A stretch of 64,000 nt of DNA from Alphaproteobacteria bacterium (GTDB lineage: Bacteria > Pseudomonadota > Alphaproteobacteria > MPNO01 > UBA830), in NCBI GenBank assembly GCA_965221485.1, contig OZ244893.1, positions 1,929,129 through 1,993,128 of the forward strand, in the 5' to 3' direction. The position numbers were made by a program, and so were the translations under genes. Positions within the stretch are counted from its first letter, which is position 1; each line of letters begins with the position of its first letter. Of the stretch, positions 40,896 through 50,423 are shown in pieces. Under the pieces are notes generated by a model, which searched no databases, was not told where the DNA came from, and saw nothing but the letters and a program-made list of their open reading frames with translations.

Positions 40896-41942
40896 ATGTC
40901 GGAAGATCCCGGTCCCGTTATTGAAATCGCAGCTCTTTACAAGATTTTCGGAAATCGGGCCAACGAGCTCATCTCCCTCGTCGACGACGGTATAGGAAAA
41001 TCAGAACTGTTGTCCGAGCATGATCACGTTCTCGGCCTCAGGGACATCAACATGAGTATTGAAGGGCACAGCTTTCAGGTCATCATGGGCCTGAGCGGCT
41101 CCGGCAAATCGACGTTGATCCGCCATATCAACCGATTGATCGAACCAACTGCCGGATCCATTCTGGTTGATCAGGACGATGTGCTGAATTTCGGGCGGAA
41201 AGAACTGCAGGAGTTCCGGAGACACAAGGTCAGCATGGTATTCCAGAGATTCGCTCTGTTTCCTCACAAGTCGATCATGGACAATGTGGGTTACGGACTC
41301 GCCATGCAGGGGGTTCCGCGCGAGGAACGGACAAGCCAGTCGGCACGCTGGATCGAACGGGTTGGCCTTGAAGGTTACGAAGATTCCTTGCCCGGACAGT
41401 TGTCCGGAGGCATGCAGCAACGGGTCGGCCTCGCCAGAGCTCTTGCGACCGACGCAGAGATTTTACTTATGGATGAGCCTTTCAGCGCCCTTGATCCGCT
41501 CATCCGCACCGATATGCGAACTCTCTTGCTGGAACTCCAGAGGGAACTGCGAAAGACGATTGTATTTGTTACCCACGATCTGGAAGAAGCCATCGAGCTC
41601 GGCGATCAGATCGCCATTCTTCGGGACGGCGAGATTGTACAGAACGCGACTGCCGAAGAGGTTGTGCTGGAACCGGCCGACGACTACATATCCGAGTTCA
41701 CGCGGAACATTAACCGCGGACGGGTGCTCTCGGTTGAGTCGATCATGGAAGGCGTCGACGAAGACCTGTCCGAGGAACTGACAATTTCTGGTGACACGCT
41801 GCTGGAAGATGCACTCGCGTTGCTACCCGCGGCTTCTCTGGACCGGGCACCCGTGGTTGATCAGACCGGACGCATCATCGGTTCCATTTCTCTCGCCGGA
41901 ATCAGCTCTGCCCTCGCCAACGGGCGCAGCCCCTCTATCTGA
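40896..41942 (+). CDS. Quaternary amine ABC transporter ATPase (ProV-like, C-terminal CBS)
   Basis: GLSGSGKST, LSGGMQQRVGLARA and MDEPFSALDPLIR. ATG 40896. Confidence 0.93.
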   Translation: MSEDPGPVIEIAALYKIFGNRANELISLVDDGIGKSELLSEHDHVLGLRDINMSIEGHSFQVIMGLSGSGKSTLIRHINRLIEPTAGSILVDQDDVLNFGRKELQEFRRHKVSMVFQRFALFPHKSIMDNVGYGLAMQGVPREERTSQSARWIERVGLEGYEDSLPGQLSGGMQQRVGLARALATDAEILLMDEPFSALDPLIRTDMRTLLLELQRELRKTIVFVTHDLEEAIELGDQIAILRDGEIVQNATAEEVVLEPADDYISEFTRNINRGRVLSVESIMEGVDEDLSEELTISGDTLLEDALALLPAASLDRAPVVDQTGRIIGSISLAGISSALANGRSPSI

Positions 41943-41957
41943 ACCGGCCTCCAGCAC

Positions 41958-43184
41958 GTGCCGTCAGATCCATCCCTGATCGACGGGCGGTACGCCTGGT
42001 TCCGTCTCTCCGTCTCATTGCTCCTGGGAACAATCGGCAGTGTCGGTTTCTGGGCCGTAATCGTGGTCTTGCCCGATGTCCAGAAAGAGTTCGACGTAAC
42101 GCGCGCTGATGCATCGGTACCTTACACGGTGGCCATGATCAGCTTTGCACTCGGAAACGCGATTATTGGCCGCCTTGTCGACAGGATCGGTATCGTCGGT
42201 CCGCTGATCATAACTTCAGTGGTCCTCGGAATCGGCTTTATCGCGAGTGCTCAGGTGGACAGTCTCTGGTTATTCGCAGCGATCCACGGGGTTCTGATCG
42301 GAATGGGGACTGCCTGCACCTTTGGGCCCCTCATCGCCGACCTGTCCCACTGGTTCCGCGTCCGCCGCGGTATCGCAGTGGCGCTGACGGCTTGTGGCAA
42401 TTATCTTGGTGGCGCGGTCTGGCCTCTGACGATCAGACTGATCATCGATCATGGCGACTGGCGCACGGCCTATGTCGTGATTGGCATCGTGTGTATCGTC
42501 GTCATGACGCCGCTTGCCTTCCTGCTCAGGCGACCGCCTCCGATCGGAGGCCACGGCATCGGCGGCACTGCCGACGCCGGACCAAAACCGATTGCCCTGT
42601 CGCAGAAAAATCTTCTCATCCTCTTGTCTGTCGCGGGCGTAGGCTGTTGCGTAGCCATGTCAATGCCGCAGGTTCATATCGTCGCCTATTGCGGTGATCT
42701 TGGTTACGATGTGGCCCGTGGAGCAGAAATGCTTTCGCTTATGCTTGCCGCCGGAGCTGTGAGCCGGGTTGTCACCGGCCTTCTCGCCGATCGGATCGGT
42801 GGTGTGCGAACGCTGCTCCTGAGTTCAATCCTGCAAACAATCGGGCTGTCGCTGTTCCTGCCGTTCAACGGGCTGACGTCGCTCTACATCGTTTCGCTTG
42901 TATTCGGACTCTCCCAGGGGGGGATCGTACCCAGCTACGCCATTATTGCCCGGGAATACATGCCGGCGCGCATTGCAGGGCGACGTGTCGGGTTCCTGAT
43001 CATGGCAACAGTCATGGGAATGGCACTGGGCGGCTGGCTTTCAGGCTGGATATATGATCTGACCGCCTCCTATCAGGCGGCCTTTCTCAATGGAATCGCC
43101 TGGAATGTCCTGAACGCCGGGATTGTACTTCTGATCCTCATGCGCACTTTGAAATTAACACCGGCAGGGGTCCGGCCGGCTTGA
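41958..43184 (+). CDS. MFS transporter
   Basis: About 12 TM segments, GRLVDRIG, GLLADRIG and MSMPQVHIVA. Confidence 0.9.
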   Translation: MPSDPSLIDGRYAWFRLSVSLLLGTIGSVGFWAVIVVLPDVQKEFDVTRADASVPYTVAMISFALGNAIIGRLVDRIGIVGPLIITSVVLGIGFIASAQVDSLWLFAAIHGVLIGMGTACTFGPLIADLSHWFRVRRGIAVALTACGNYLGGAVWPLTIRLIIDHGDWRTAYVVIGIVCIVVMTPLAFLLRRPPPIGGHGIGGTADAGPKPIALSQKNLLILLSVAGVGCCVAMSMPQVHIVAYCGDLGYDVARGAEMLSLMLAAGAVSRVVTGLLADRIGGVRTLLLSSILQTIGLSLFLPFNGLTSLYIVSLVFGLSQGGIVPSYAIIAREYMPARIAGRRVGFLIMATVMGMALGGWLSGWIYDLTASYQAAFLNGIAWNVLNAGIVLLILMRTLKLTPAGVRPA

Positions 43185-43192
43185 ATCGCACT

Positions 43193-44275
43193 CTAGTGGA
43201 TTGATTCCAACTTTTGAAACCCGCGATTTCTTGCAGCGATGATATCTTTCGGGTCTGCGGTCCAGACGAAGGGTTTGTTTTCGGTGGCGTTGTGTTCGTC
43301 GATGAAGTTTTGGATGGCGTCGCGGAGTTCGCCGACGGAGCGAAAGACGCCATGTTTGAGGCGTCGCCGCGTGAGCTTGGCGAAGAAGCCTTCCACCGCA
43401 TTGAGCCACGAACAGGATGTTGGCGTGAAGTGGAAGGTCCAGCGCGGATGTTTTTCGAGCCAGGCCCGGACCGCCTTGTGTTTGTGGGTGGCATAGTTGT
43501 CGAGGATGGCATGGATTGGCTTGCCGGCTTCCACCGTGCGATCGATGCGATTGAGAAAGGTAATGAACTCTTCGTGCCGGTGTCGGGAGCTGTGCTGGGA
43601 AATCACCGTTCCGTCGAGGACATTGAGGGCGGCGAACAGGGTTGTTGTGCCATGACGCTTGTAATCATGGGTCATGGTGGCACAGCGGCCTTTCTTCATC
43701 GGCAGGCCGGGCTGGGTCCGGTCGAGGGCCTGAATTTGCGACTTCTCGTCGATCGACAGCACTGCCGCATGCGCCGGCGGGGCGACATAGAGCCCGACGA
43801 TGTCCGTCAGCTTCTCGACGAACGCCGGATCACGCGACAGTTTGAACTGACGCCAGCGATGCGGCGTCAGGCCGTGCGCCTGCCAGATCGCGTGAACCGT
43901 CGAAGCTGCCACCCCAACCCGCTGCGCCATCGCCCGCAGCGTCCAGTGTGTCGCCTCATGCGGCGGCGGCGTTTGTGTCAGACGCACAATCTCGGCAATC
44001 CGCTCCGGCGACAGCGGCGGCTTGCCCGGCGGACGCGTCTTGTCCCGCAAAAGCCCGTCAACACCCTCCTCCATGAACCGCTCCTGCCAGCGCCACACGC
44101 AAACCTTCGACTTCCCGCTCGCAGACATGATGGCATGGGTGCCCTTGCCATCCGCGCTCAAAAGGATGATCCGTGCCCGCCACACATGCTTCTGCGCGCT
44201 CTTCGGATCCCGGACAATCGCCTCCAGACGCCGACGGTCCTTGGGCCCCACGGTGAAGGAAACACCCGTGCGCAT
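43193..44275 (-). CDS. IS630-family transposase
   Basis: 360 aa uninterrupted. N-terminal HTH (RARIILL, THWT), DDE triad in SIDEKS / ILDNYATH / WLNAVEGFF. Its TAG stop is formed by the duplicated target. Confidence 0.95.
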   Translation of the reverse strand: MRTGVSFTVGPKDRRRLEAIVRDPKSAQKHVWRARIILLSADGKGTHAIMSASGKSKVCVWRWQERFMEEGVDGLLRDKTRPPGKPPLSPERIAEIVRLTQTPPPHEATHWTLRAMAQRVGVAASTVHAIWQAHGLTPHRWRQFKLSRDPAFVEKLTDIVGLYVAPPAHAAVLSIDEKSQIQALDRTQPGLPMKKGRCATMTHDYKRHGTTTLFAALNVLDGTVISQHSSRHRHEEFITFLNRIDRTVEAGKPIHAILDNYATHKHKAVRAWLEKHPRWTFHFTPTSCSWLNAVEGFFAKLTRRRLKHGVFRSVGELRDAIQNFIDEHNATENKPFVWTADPKDIIAARNRGFQKLESIH

Positions 44276-44345
44276 AGCTCAGCCCCCCTCTATAATCCCT
44301 CAACGATATCCAATAACGGAATCACCTGAATAAATCAATCCACTA
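43194..44345 (-). mobile_element. IS630-family insertion sequence, apparently intact
   Basis: Terminal IRs GTGGATTGATT (43196-43206) and AATCAATCCAC (44333-44343), each flanked by TA in a CTAG context (43194-95, 44344-45), matching IS630 TA duplication. Confidence 0.92.
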
Positions 44346-44393
44346 GTTCGAAGACCTGAACCGACCTGCAACCCAACGAAAGGAATACAAGAG

Positions 44394-44825
44394 ATGACGG
44401 AAACAACAGCGTTTTTGAGGTTAACGCATGAGGGAGCCCTGAAGGCTCTTCAGGCAGCCGTAGAGGAAGCACGCGCAATGGAGCAACCCCAATGCATTTC
44501 CATTGTCGACAGTGGCGGCCACCTGGTCGCATTTGTAAGAATGGATGGCGCTTTCCACATGTCGCTTGAGACGTCGCTTCGCAAGGCCCGCACAGCCGCC
44601 TGCTACGGGATTCCCACCGGTGGAATTGCTGAAGGTATCGACATGAAACTTGCCGTCGGTACAGATGGGCAGCGGATCAACCTGCCTGGCGGCCTCCCCA
44701 TTATTGTCGACGGACACTGCATCGGCGGTATCGGTGTCGGATCGGGTTCGGGTGAACAGGATCGCCAGGTCGCAGCTGCCGGCATCGCCAGCATCCCGGG
44801 AGCACAAGCGTTCGTGACAACATAG
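44394..44825 (+). CDS. GlcG/HbpS-family heme-binding protein (DUF336)
   Basis: SIVDSGGHLVAFVRMDGA...KARTA and GGLPIIVDG..IGGIGVGSG..EQD. Confidence 0.9.
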   Translation: MTETTAFLRLTHEGALKALQAAVEEARAMEQPQCISIVDSGGHLVAFVRMDGAFHMSLETSLRKARTAACYGIPTGGIAEGIDMKLAVGTDGQRINLPGGLPIIVDGHCIGGIGVGSGSGEQDRQVAAAGIASIPGAQAFVTT

Positions 44826-45732
44826 CGATCCACCCTTCCCAGATGGATCAGAACCGGAATTCGTTGGGATCGCTGTCTTTGCCAGCGAGATGGCGCATCA
44901 GGTTCGGGACAAGACACCAGCATTTCGCGGAATCAGTTCGCCTGAGTGACAGTGATCACTCTTCGTTGACAAGTCTTGCATGACTGACACGACGTACCGT
45001 CACCCTGGAATGTTTCTGGATCGGCGCCTGCCATTGACTGACGGCCAAGGATATTCATGACGAGAAAGAAACTGCGCTGGATTGCACCTTGACGAGAGGT
45101 GGTCTTGATGGTCGCGTCTCTGAATTCGACGTGCTCCCCGGTCCGGACAACAGCAGCCGCTGAGAAACCCGCAAGCTGCCGTTTTCCCGCCACAGGCTGT
45201 TACCACGGACCTTGTCGGCTGAGATCTCCGGAACAACAGCCAGCGTCCCGCTGAAACCGGGATACCGTCGCACTGATCCTGTCGAACTGCAAATCTTCCG
45301 CTTCCCGTCCTCCCGATACCAGGCAAAGACCACTCGTTTCTTTTGGCACAATATATAGAATGTTTGATTTAAATTGTTCATATATGTGGAGTTTCGGCGT
45401 CTCTCATGATAGGGGTTTTGTTGTGGGTCAAAGTTAGAAAAACAGACGAACTTCTATAACCGGGAAATCCCGGACTCCCTGACTTCAGCGCATTGGTTAT
45501 GGAGGCTTTCATACACCGGAAATCGTGTGAATTTCCCTGATAATGTGAATTCCGGCATTGAAATCACACCCTCAATTGGTCTATTGTTGTGGTCAGGCTT
45601 GAAAAAGCTGTCCACGCGTATCTCAACAAGCAACTTGCAAGAACAGTGCTTCGGTCCGCGGGTTGTGGATGAACGGAGGCCGCAAGGCTGTGGCCACCTG
45701 CCCATCGGCGACGTTTACGGGAACAAGTGATT

Positions 45733-45909
45733 ATGGCTGACAGAACATCAACACAAGCTGACTGGGAAGAAATTGAAGAGGACGAACGGTCTATTCAAAA
45801 TGTGCCCAGTGAACGCAGTTGTCTTTCTTGCGGTGAAAAATTCGTCAGTGAAGGATGGCACAATCGGCTCTGCCTCCGCTGCCGCAAACGAAGTGGACCC
45901 GACTATTAG
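45733..45909 (+). CDS. Small Zn-ribbon-like protein (CxxC-x14-CxxC)
   Basis: RSCLSCGEKFVSEGWHNRLCLRC with an acidic N-terminus. GC-rich hairpin at 45914-45930 follows the stop. Alternative GTG start at 45727. Confidence 0.65.
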   Translation: MADRTSTQADWEEIEEDERSIQNVPSERSCLSCGEKFVSEGWHNRLCLRCRKRSGPDY

Positions 45910-46057
45910 GTCCGGGGTTGCTGCAGCCCCAAAAAACTTGACAAGAGTTTCAGATCCACCTGCATCGTGCCGGGGTTTCCCCGTCTGAGTCCTTGGCCTA
46001 CAGTCGAAGTTGCTGGTCATGCACAAGTGTTTCCTGATCGTCGCAGGAAAATCCCGG

Positions 46058-46375
46058 TTACGGGATACAGGAGGAGCATCGGCCTGGCACCGCCACGGCA
46101 CCGTTATTCCGAAGTGCGAAAACCGGGACGCCATGATTGGGGAGGTTCATGAGCATCAAGTGGTGGTCGGTGGTTCCGCTCGCCTTCCGGGCGAGAAGCC
46201 TGAGCCCGTGTCGCTTGCGGTAGTTTTCGTCGATGTGATCGAACAGGGCCGGGTCGGGCATGAGAGCGTCGACGCCTTTCAGCGGACCATTGCTGCCGGG
46301 GTGATAGGCGTCACGGCAGAACAGGAGGTCGAACACGCCGGCCGAAACCGGTTTGAGCTGCTCCAGCGGCGGCAA
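46058..46375 (-). pseudogene. Fragment of an unidentified protein-coding gene
   Basis: Codons are strongly G/C-ending from 46375 to about 46140, then composition changes. The opposite strand reads as a typical shadow ORF. FDLLFCRD weakly recalls SAM-methyltransferase motifs. Confidence 0.35.
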
Positions 46376-46430
46376 TGGCCCTCGGGTCGGTTTCTGGCCA
46401 TCATTTGACGAATTGCTGGACGGCGAGGCA

Positions 46431-47495
46431 ATGACCTATATCGACGACGACGCGTGGCGCTATTTCTGGCACCCTGTCTGCACCCTCGCGGAGCTGCGCG
46501 CAGAAGCGGACGACAACCGGCCGCTGGCCGCGACCCTGCTCGGCGAGCGCATCGCCGTCGCCGAAATCGCTGGTGCGGTCACAGTCTTCCCAGACCGCTG
46601 CCTGCACCGTTCCACACGACTGTCGATGGGCACGATCGAGGATGCCGGACTGCGCTGCGCCTATCACGGCTGGCTCTACGACGCCGACGGTGCCTGCATC
46701 GAGATTCCGGCCATGCCCGACTACCCGATTCCGCCCGATTGCCGACTCCGCGCCTTCGAAACCCGACTCGCCTACGATCTGGTCTGGGTGCGGCTGCAGC
46801 CCGGCGCAGGGACCGCCATTCCGGGCTGTCCGGCCTGGGACGACGATGCATTCCGCTGCATCCAGGGTGCCCCCTATACCTGGCCGACCTCGGCGGCGCG
46901 TCGGCTCGAGAATTTCGTCGATCTGTCGCATTTTCCGTTCGTGCATGATGGTAGTCTCGGCGACCGTCGCCTGACCCAAGTCCCCATCGCCAACATCGAC
47001 CGTATCGAAGGCGAGCTGCGCTTTCGCTTCGAACCGGCGCCGGGCATGGACCTGCCCGATATCGCCTTGATGGCGCCGACCGATTACCGCCTGTGGATGC
47101 CATTCTCGGTCAACCTTGAGTTCTTCTTTGCCGACGGCGAGCGCAGCCAGCTCTGGATGACCGCCTCGCCGGTGGAGCACGGGGTCTGTCGCAGTTTCTG
47201 GTTCACCAGCCGCACCGCTGATCGCCACGGCGACGATCGGCCACATCTCGAATTCCAGGATCTCGTGCTGGCCGAGGACCTGCCGGTGATCGAGGCACAG
47301 CACCCGCCCGGGATCCCGGCGCCAGCCGAGGAATATTCGGTACCTACCGACAAGGTTTCCATCGTTTATCGCCGGTGGCTACGCGAACTCGCGGAGGCTG
47401 CGGGCGAAGGCACTGAAGCGCTCGCCCGCAGCCTCGCTACGGTAAGGCTCGAATCGGACTCTCGCCGGGCGAACGTCCGATCCCAGGCGGACTGA
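46431..47495 (+). CDS. Rieske oxygenase, methylxanthine N-demethylase NdmA/NdmB-like
   Basis: RYFWHPVCT..EL, DRCLHRS.RLS.GT, CAYHGW, PY.W...A.RRLENFVDLSHFPFVH, MPFSVNLE, AED.PVIE.Q and DKVSIVYRRWLREL match recalled P. putida CBB5 NdmA/B segments (not aligned computationally). Confidence 0.8.
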   Translation: MTYIDDDAWRYFWHPVCTLAELRAEADDNRPLAATLLGERIAVAEIAGAVTVFPDRCLHRSTRLSMGTIEDAGLRCAYHGWLYDADGACIEIPAMPDYPIPPDCRLRAFETRLAYDLVWVRLQPGAGTAIPGCPAWDDDAFRCIQGAPYTWPTSAARRLENFVDLSHFPFVHDGSLGDRRLTQVPIANIDRIEGELRFRFEPAPGMDLPDIALMAPTDYRLWMPFSVNLEFFFADGERSQLWMTASPVEHGVCRSFWFTSRTADRHGDDRPHLEFQDLVLAEDLPVIEAQHPPGIPAPAEEYSVPTDKVSIVYRRWLRELAEAAGEGTEALARSLATVRLESDSRRANVRSQAD

Positions 47496-47508
47496 GCCGC
47501 CGCGCCGG

Positions 47509-48870
47509 TCAGGCCGCCTCGATATCCTCCGGCAGCACCACATTCAGGATCGCGGCCGCTACGCCCGCCACCACGATGCCCGAGACGAACAACGGCAGCG
47601 ACCATGCCGGCAGGACATCGCTCGGAAGCGGCCCGAAACCAGCCGCGCCGGCGAGCTGTTCGACCTGCCAGAGCCCCATCCCTAGACCAAGCGAGATTGC
47701 CGCAATCAGCATATTGCGGGTCGATAGTCCGGACCGAGCCACCAGTTTGAGCCCGGCCGCAACAATCAGACCGAACATCACAACCGCGGCACCGCCAAGC
47801 ACCGGCTCGGGCATCGCCGCGATCACCGCCGCGAGCTTCGGCACCAGGCCGCAGAGCAGCAGGAAGATCGCGCCGACCGTCACCACATGGCGACTCATCA
47901 CCCGGGTGAAGGACACCAGGCCCACATTCTGGCTGTAGGACGTGTTCGGCAGGCCGCCGAACAGCGCCACCACCGCCGAGCCCAGCCCGTCGGCCATGAT
48001 GCCGCCGCGCAGTTCCTTGTCGGTCGGCTCGCGGTCGGCGCCACCTGCGGTTACTCCTGAGATGTCGCCGACGGTCTCCACCGTAGTGATGAAAGCCATG
48101 ATGATCATCAGTCCTATCAGCCCGATCGCCGCCGGGGTCGAGAATTCGAGCCCGAACCATTGGTCCGGCAGCCCGACCCAATCGGCCTTGCCGATGGCCT
48201 CGACCTTTCGCGAGCTCATCATTCCGAACGGGATCGCCACCAGGTAGCCGATCACCAGCCCAATAAACACCGCCGAGGTCGACCAGATCCCACGCCCGTA
48301 TCGGCGGAGTACAAGGATCGCGATGATCACGAACAGGGCCATCGCCCAGTTCCCGGCGTCGCCGAACCCGGCATCCTTGCAAAACCCGGCCGGGTAGGCG
48401 CCACAACCGGCCGAATATTTTATGCCGACCGGCAGCAGGGTGAAGCCGATGGTCATGACCACGACGCCAGATACAAGGCTCGGGATGAAACGTCGGATCT
48501 GAGGTATGAAATACCCCAGAATCATCTGAAACAGCCCGCCCACGAGGCTCGCGCCGAACACCGCTGCGAGACTTGCACCACCCTTGATCGCGGCAGTGAG
48601 AATCCCGACATAGGCGAAGCTCGTACCCTGAACGATCGGTAAGCGTGCACCGATCGGCCCGATGCCGATTGTCTGTATCAGCGTCGCTACGCCAGCAGCC
48701 AGAAGGGCGATCTGTACCAGCACCGTGACGTATTGCGGCCCGGCCGCCAGTGCAATGATCAGCGGGACCGTGATGTTGCCGGCGAACATCGCGAGCACAT
48801 GCTGGATGCCGAGAGGGATTGCCTCGCCAATCGGCGGTTTATAGTCTGGAGAATTATGTTGTTCGTTCAT
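47509..48870 (-). CDS. NCS2/NAT nucleobase permease, xanthine/urate type
   Basis: GIQHVLAMF, LPIVQGTSF, and NAT signature SQNVGLVSFTRV (Gln form, typical of xanthine/urate carriers). Confidence 0.92.
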   Translation of the reverse strand: MNEQHNSPDYKPPIGEAIPLGIQHVLAMFAGNITVPLIIALAAGPQYVTVLVQIALLAAGVATLIQTIGIGPIGARLPIVQGTSFAYVGILTAAIKGGASLAAVFGASLVGGLFQMILGYFIPQIRRFIPSLVSGVVVMTIGFTLLPVGIKYSAGCGAYPAGFCKDAGFGDAGNWAMALFVIIAILVLRRYGRGIWSTSAVFIGLVIGYLVAIPFGMMSSRKVEAIGKADWVGLPDQWFGLEFSTPAAIGLIGLMIIMAFITTVETVGDISGVTAGGADREPTDKELRGGIMADGLGSAVVALFGGLPNTSYSQNVGLVSFTRVMSRHVVTVGAIFLLLCGLVPKLAAVIAAMPEPVLGGAAVVMFGLIVAAGLKLVARSGLSTRNMLIAAISLGLGMGLWQVEQLAGAAGFGPLPSDVLPAWSLPLFVSGIVVAGVAAAILNVVLPEDIEAA

Positions 48871-48988
48871 TTCGCTGCCCTACTGCGTTTCGTTATTGAT
48901 GATGGAACGTACTCCGCCCCAGGCTTTAGCCGCAGGGACAAATCCTTCACCGCGCGGGGTCTGGCCGCGGACGCGAGAGCTCCGCGTT

Positions 48989-49004
48989 ATTATACCCTAT
49001 AGGG
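48989..49004 (-). promoter_or_regulatory. Perfect -10 (TATAAT) abutting palindrome CCCTATAGGG upstream of the NCS2 gene
   Basis: Minus-strand TATAAT at 48994-48989, about 120 nt before the ATG. A 10-bp palindrome at 48995-49004 fills the spacer. The -35 is weak. Confidence 0.5.
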
Positions 49005-49316
49005 GCCCACACAGAATCGCCTTTTTTCGAGACCGAGGCATGTTCAAGAGTTGTGATAGGAACGATTTTCGGACCAGTGGTTAACCGAGTAGTCCGTTTT
49101 GAGGGGGCTGTAGAGGAGCTGCAGCGGCATCGGTAGTGGATTCCAGCTGTTTGCAGGTACCCGGAACAGCTGTCCTGTGGCCCAGCTGACTTTTGATTTG
49201 TTCTGTTTCGAGACCTGCTCAGCGTTCACTCGCGTTCCGGCCCGCATAGTCGCTCAATGGCTTCTATGCGGCCCTTTGACGCCGCAGTGCTTCAGTCGAT
49301 TTTGTTCCCTCCATGA

Positions 49317-50423
49317 ACCGCAACATCTGCTACCAACCGGAGTGACAGTGGTCGGGCGGGGTTCGTATCCGCCGGGAAGACGCGCCTTTTCAAGACGCAC
49401 GAGATCACTATGGGGTATCGGAAACAAGGCACCACTCTGGACCTTTCCTCCAGCGGGCGAGGCTTGCAACAGACGCTGTTGATTGTCGCCTACATGTACG
49501 CCCACCCCGGCGCAATCATTCTTCTGGATGAGCCGGATGCCCATCTCGAAAATTTGCGACAAAGTCAGACTGATGCATTGATCTCCAAGGTCGCTTCCGA
49601 CAGTGAAAGTCAGATCATTGCAGCGAGCTATTGGCAAGTTCTTCTCAACGAAGCTGCCGAAAAGGGCGTGGTCATTGCCTTCGTCGAAACCCCGCACCGC
49701 ATAGAGGGCGGGCAGAGCCAGGCGCGCAAGGCTTTGGCTGAAGTTGGCTTTGACCAATATTATCAGGGCGAACAGACCGGATAGGTGTTGTGTGTCGAAG
49801 GTCCAACCGATCTGGCCATATTGCAGGCGTTCGGCCGAAGGTTCTGCAAGGAAGACACCGTCAGTAGACCTTTCGTGCACTATGTCGGAAACCAGCCGCG
49901 AGCGGCCGCGCAGCACTATTTTGGCCTCAAGGAATCACTGCCTGGCCGACAGGGCGTCTCCCTGTTTGATCGGCTTCAGGGCGAGGTACCTGACAGTCCG
50001 GCGTTGAACCACCTTGTCTGGCAGCGAAGGGAAATCGAGAACTATTTCTGTACCGAAGCAACCCTTAAAGCCTATGCTCGCGCATCTGCATCGGATGACA
50101 CAAATATGCCCCTGTTTGTCTGGTCCGGGAGGGACAAGCGCCTCTCTGCGATGAGAGAAGCGATTTCCGAGGTCAAAAAAGCTCTTGAAACTCTGGGCAA
50201 AGACTCTCCATGGGATCCCGATCTCAAGGTAAGCGACGAGTTCCTCAAACCGTTGTTCAGGTCATATTTTGCAAAAATGGGCATACCAAACCTTATGAAC
50301 AAGAAGAATTTTTACGAACTCGCGGACCATGTCCCGGATCACGCGACAGATCCGGAAATCAGCCTCAAGCTGGACGAAATCGTAAGGGTTGCCAATCTTG
50401 CAACACCCGCAGTCTTCAGCTGA
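49317..50423 (+). pseudogene. Decayed AAA/ABC-ATPase + TOPRIM-like nuclease gene (OLD/AAA_21-type, defence-like)
   Basis: LSSSGRG signature and Walker B LLDEPDAHLE. In-frame TAG at 49782-84 directly before VLCVEGPTD (TOPRIM), then WQRREIENY. H-loop reads ASYWQ. No Walker A N-terminus is present. Confidence 0.8.

Noticed and set aside
43214-44329. 371-aa plus-strand ORF
   Set aside because: Antisense shadow of the IS630 transposase; no independent motifs.
49782-49784. Programmed amber readthrough or pyrrolysine at the in-frame TAG
   Set aside because: Other lesions (lost N-terminus, H-loop substitution) indicate simple decay, and no pyl genes are present.
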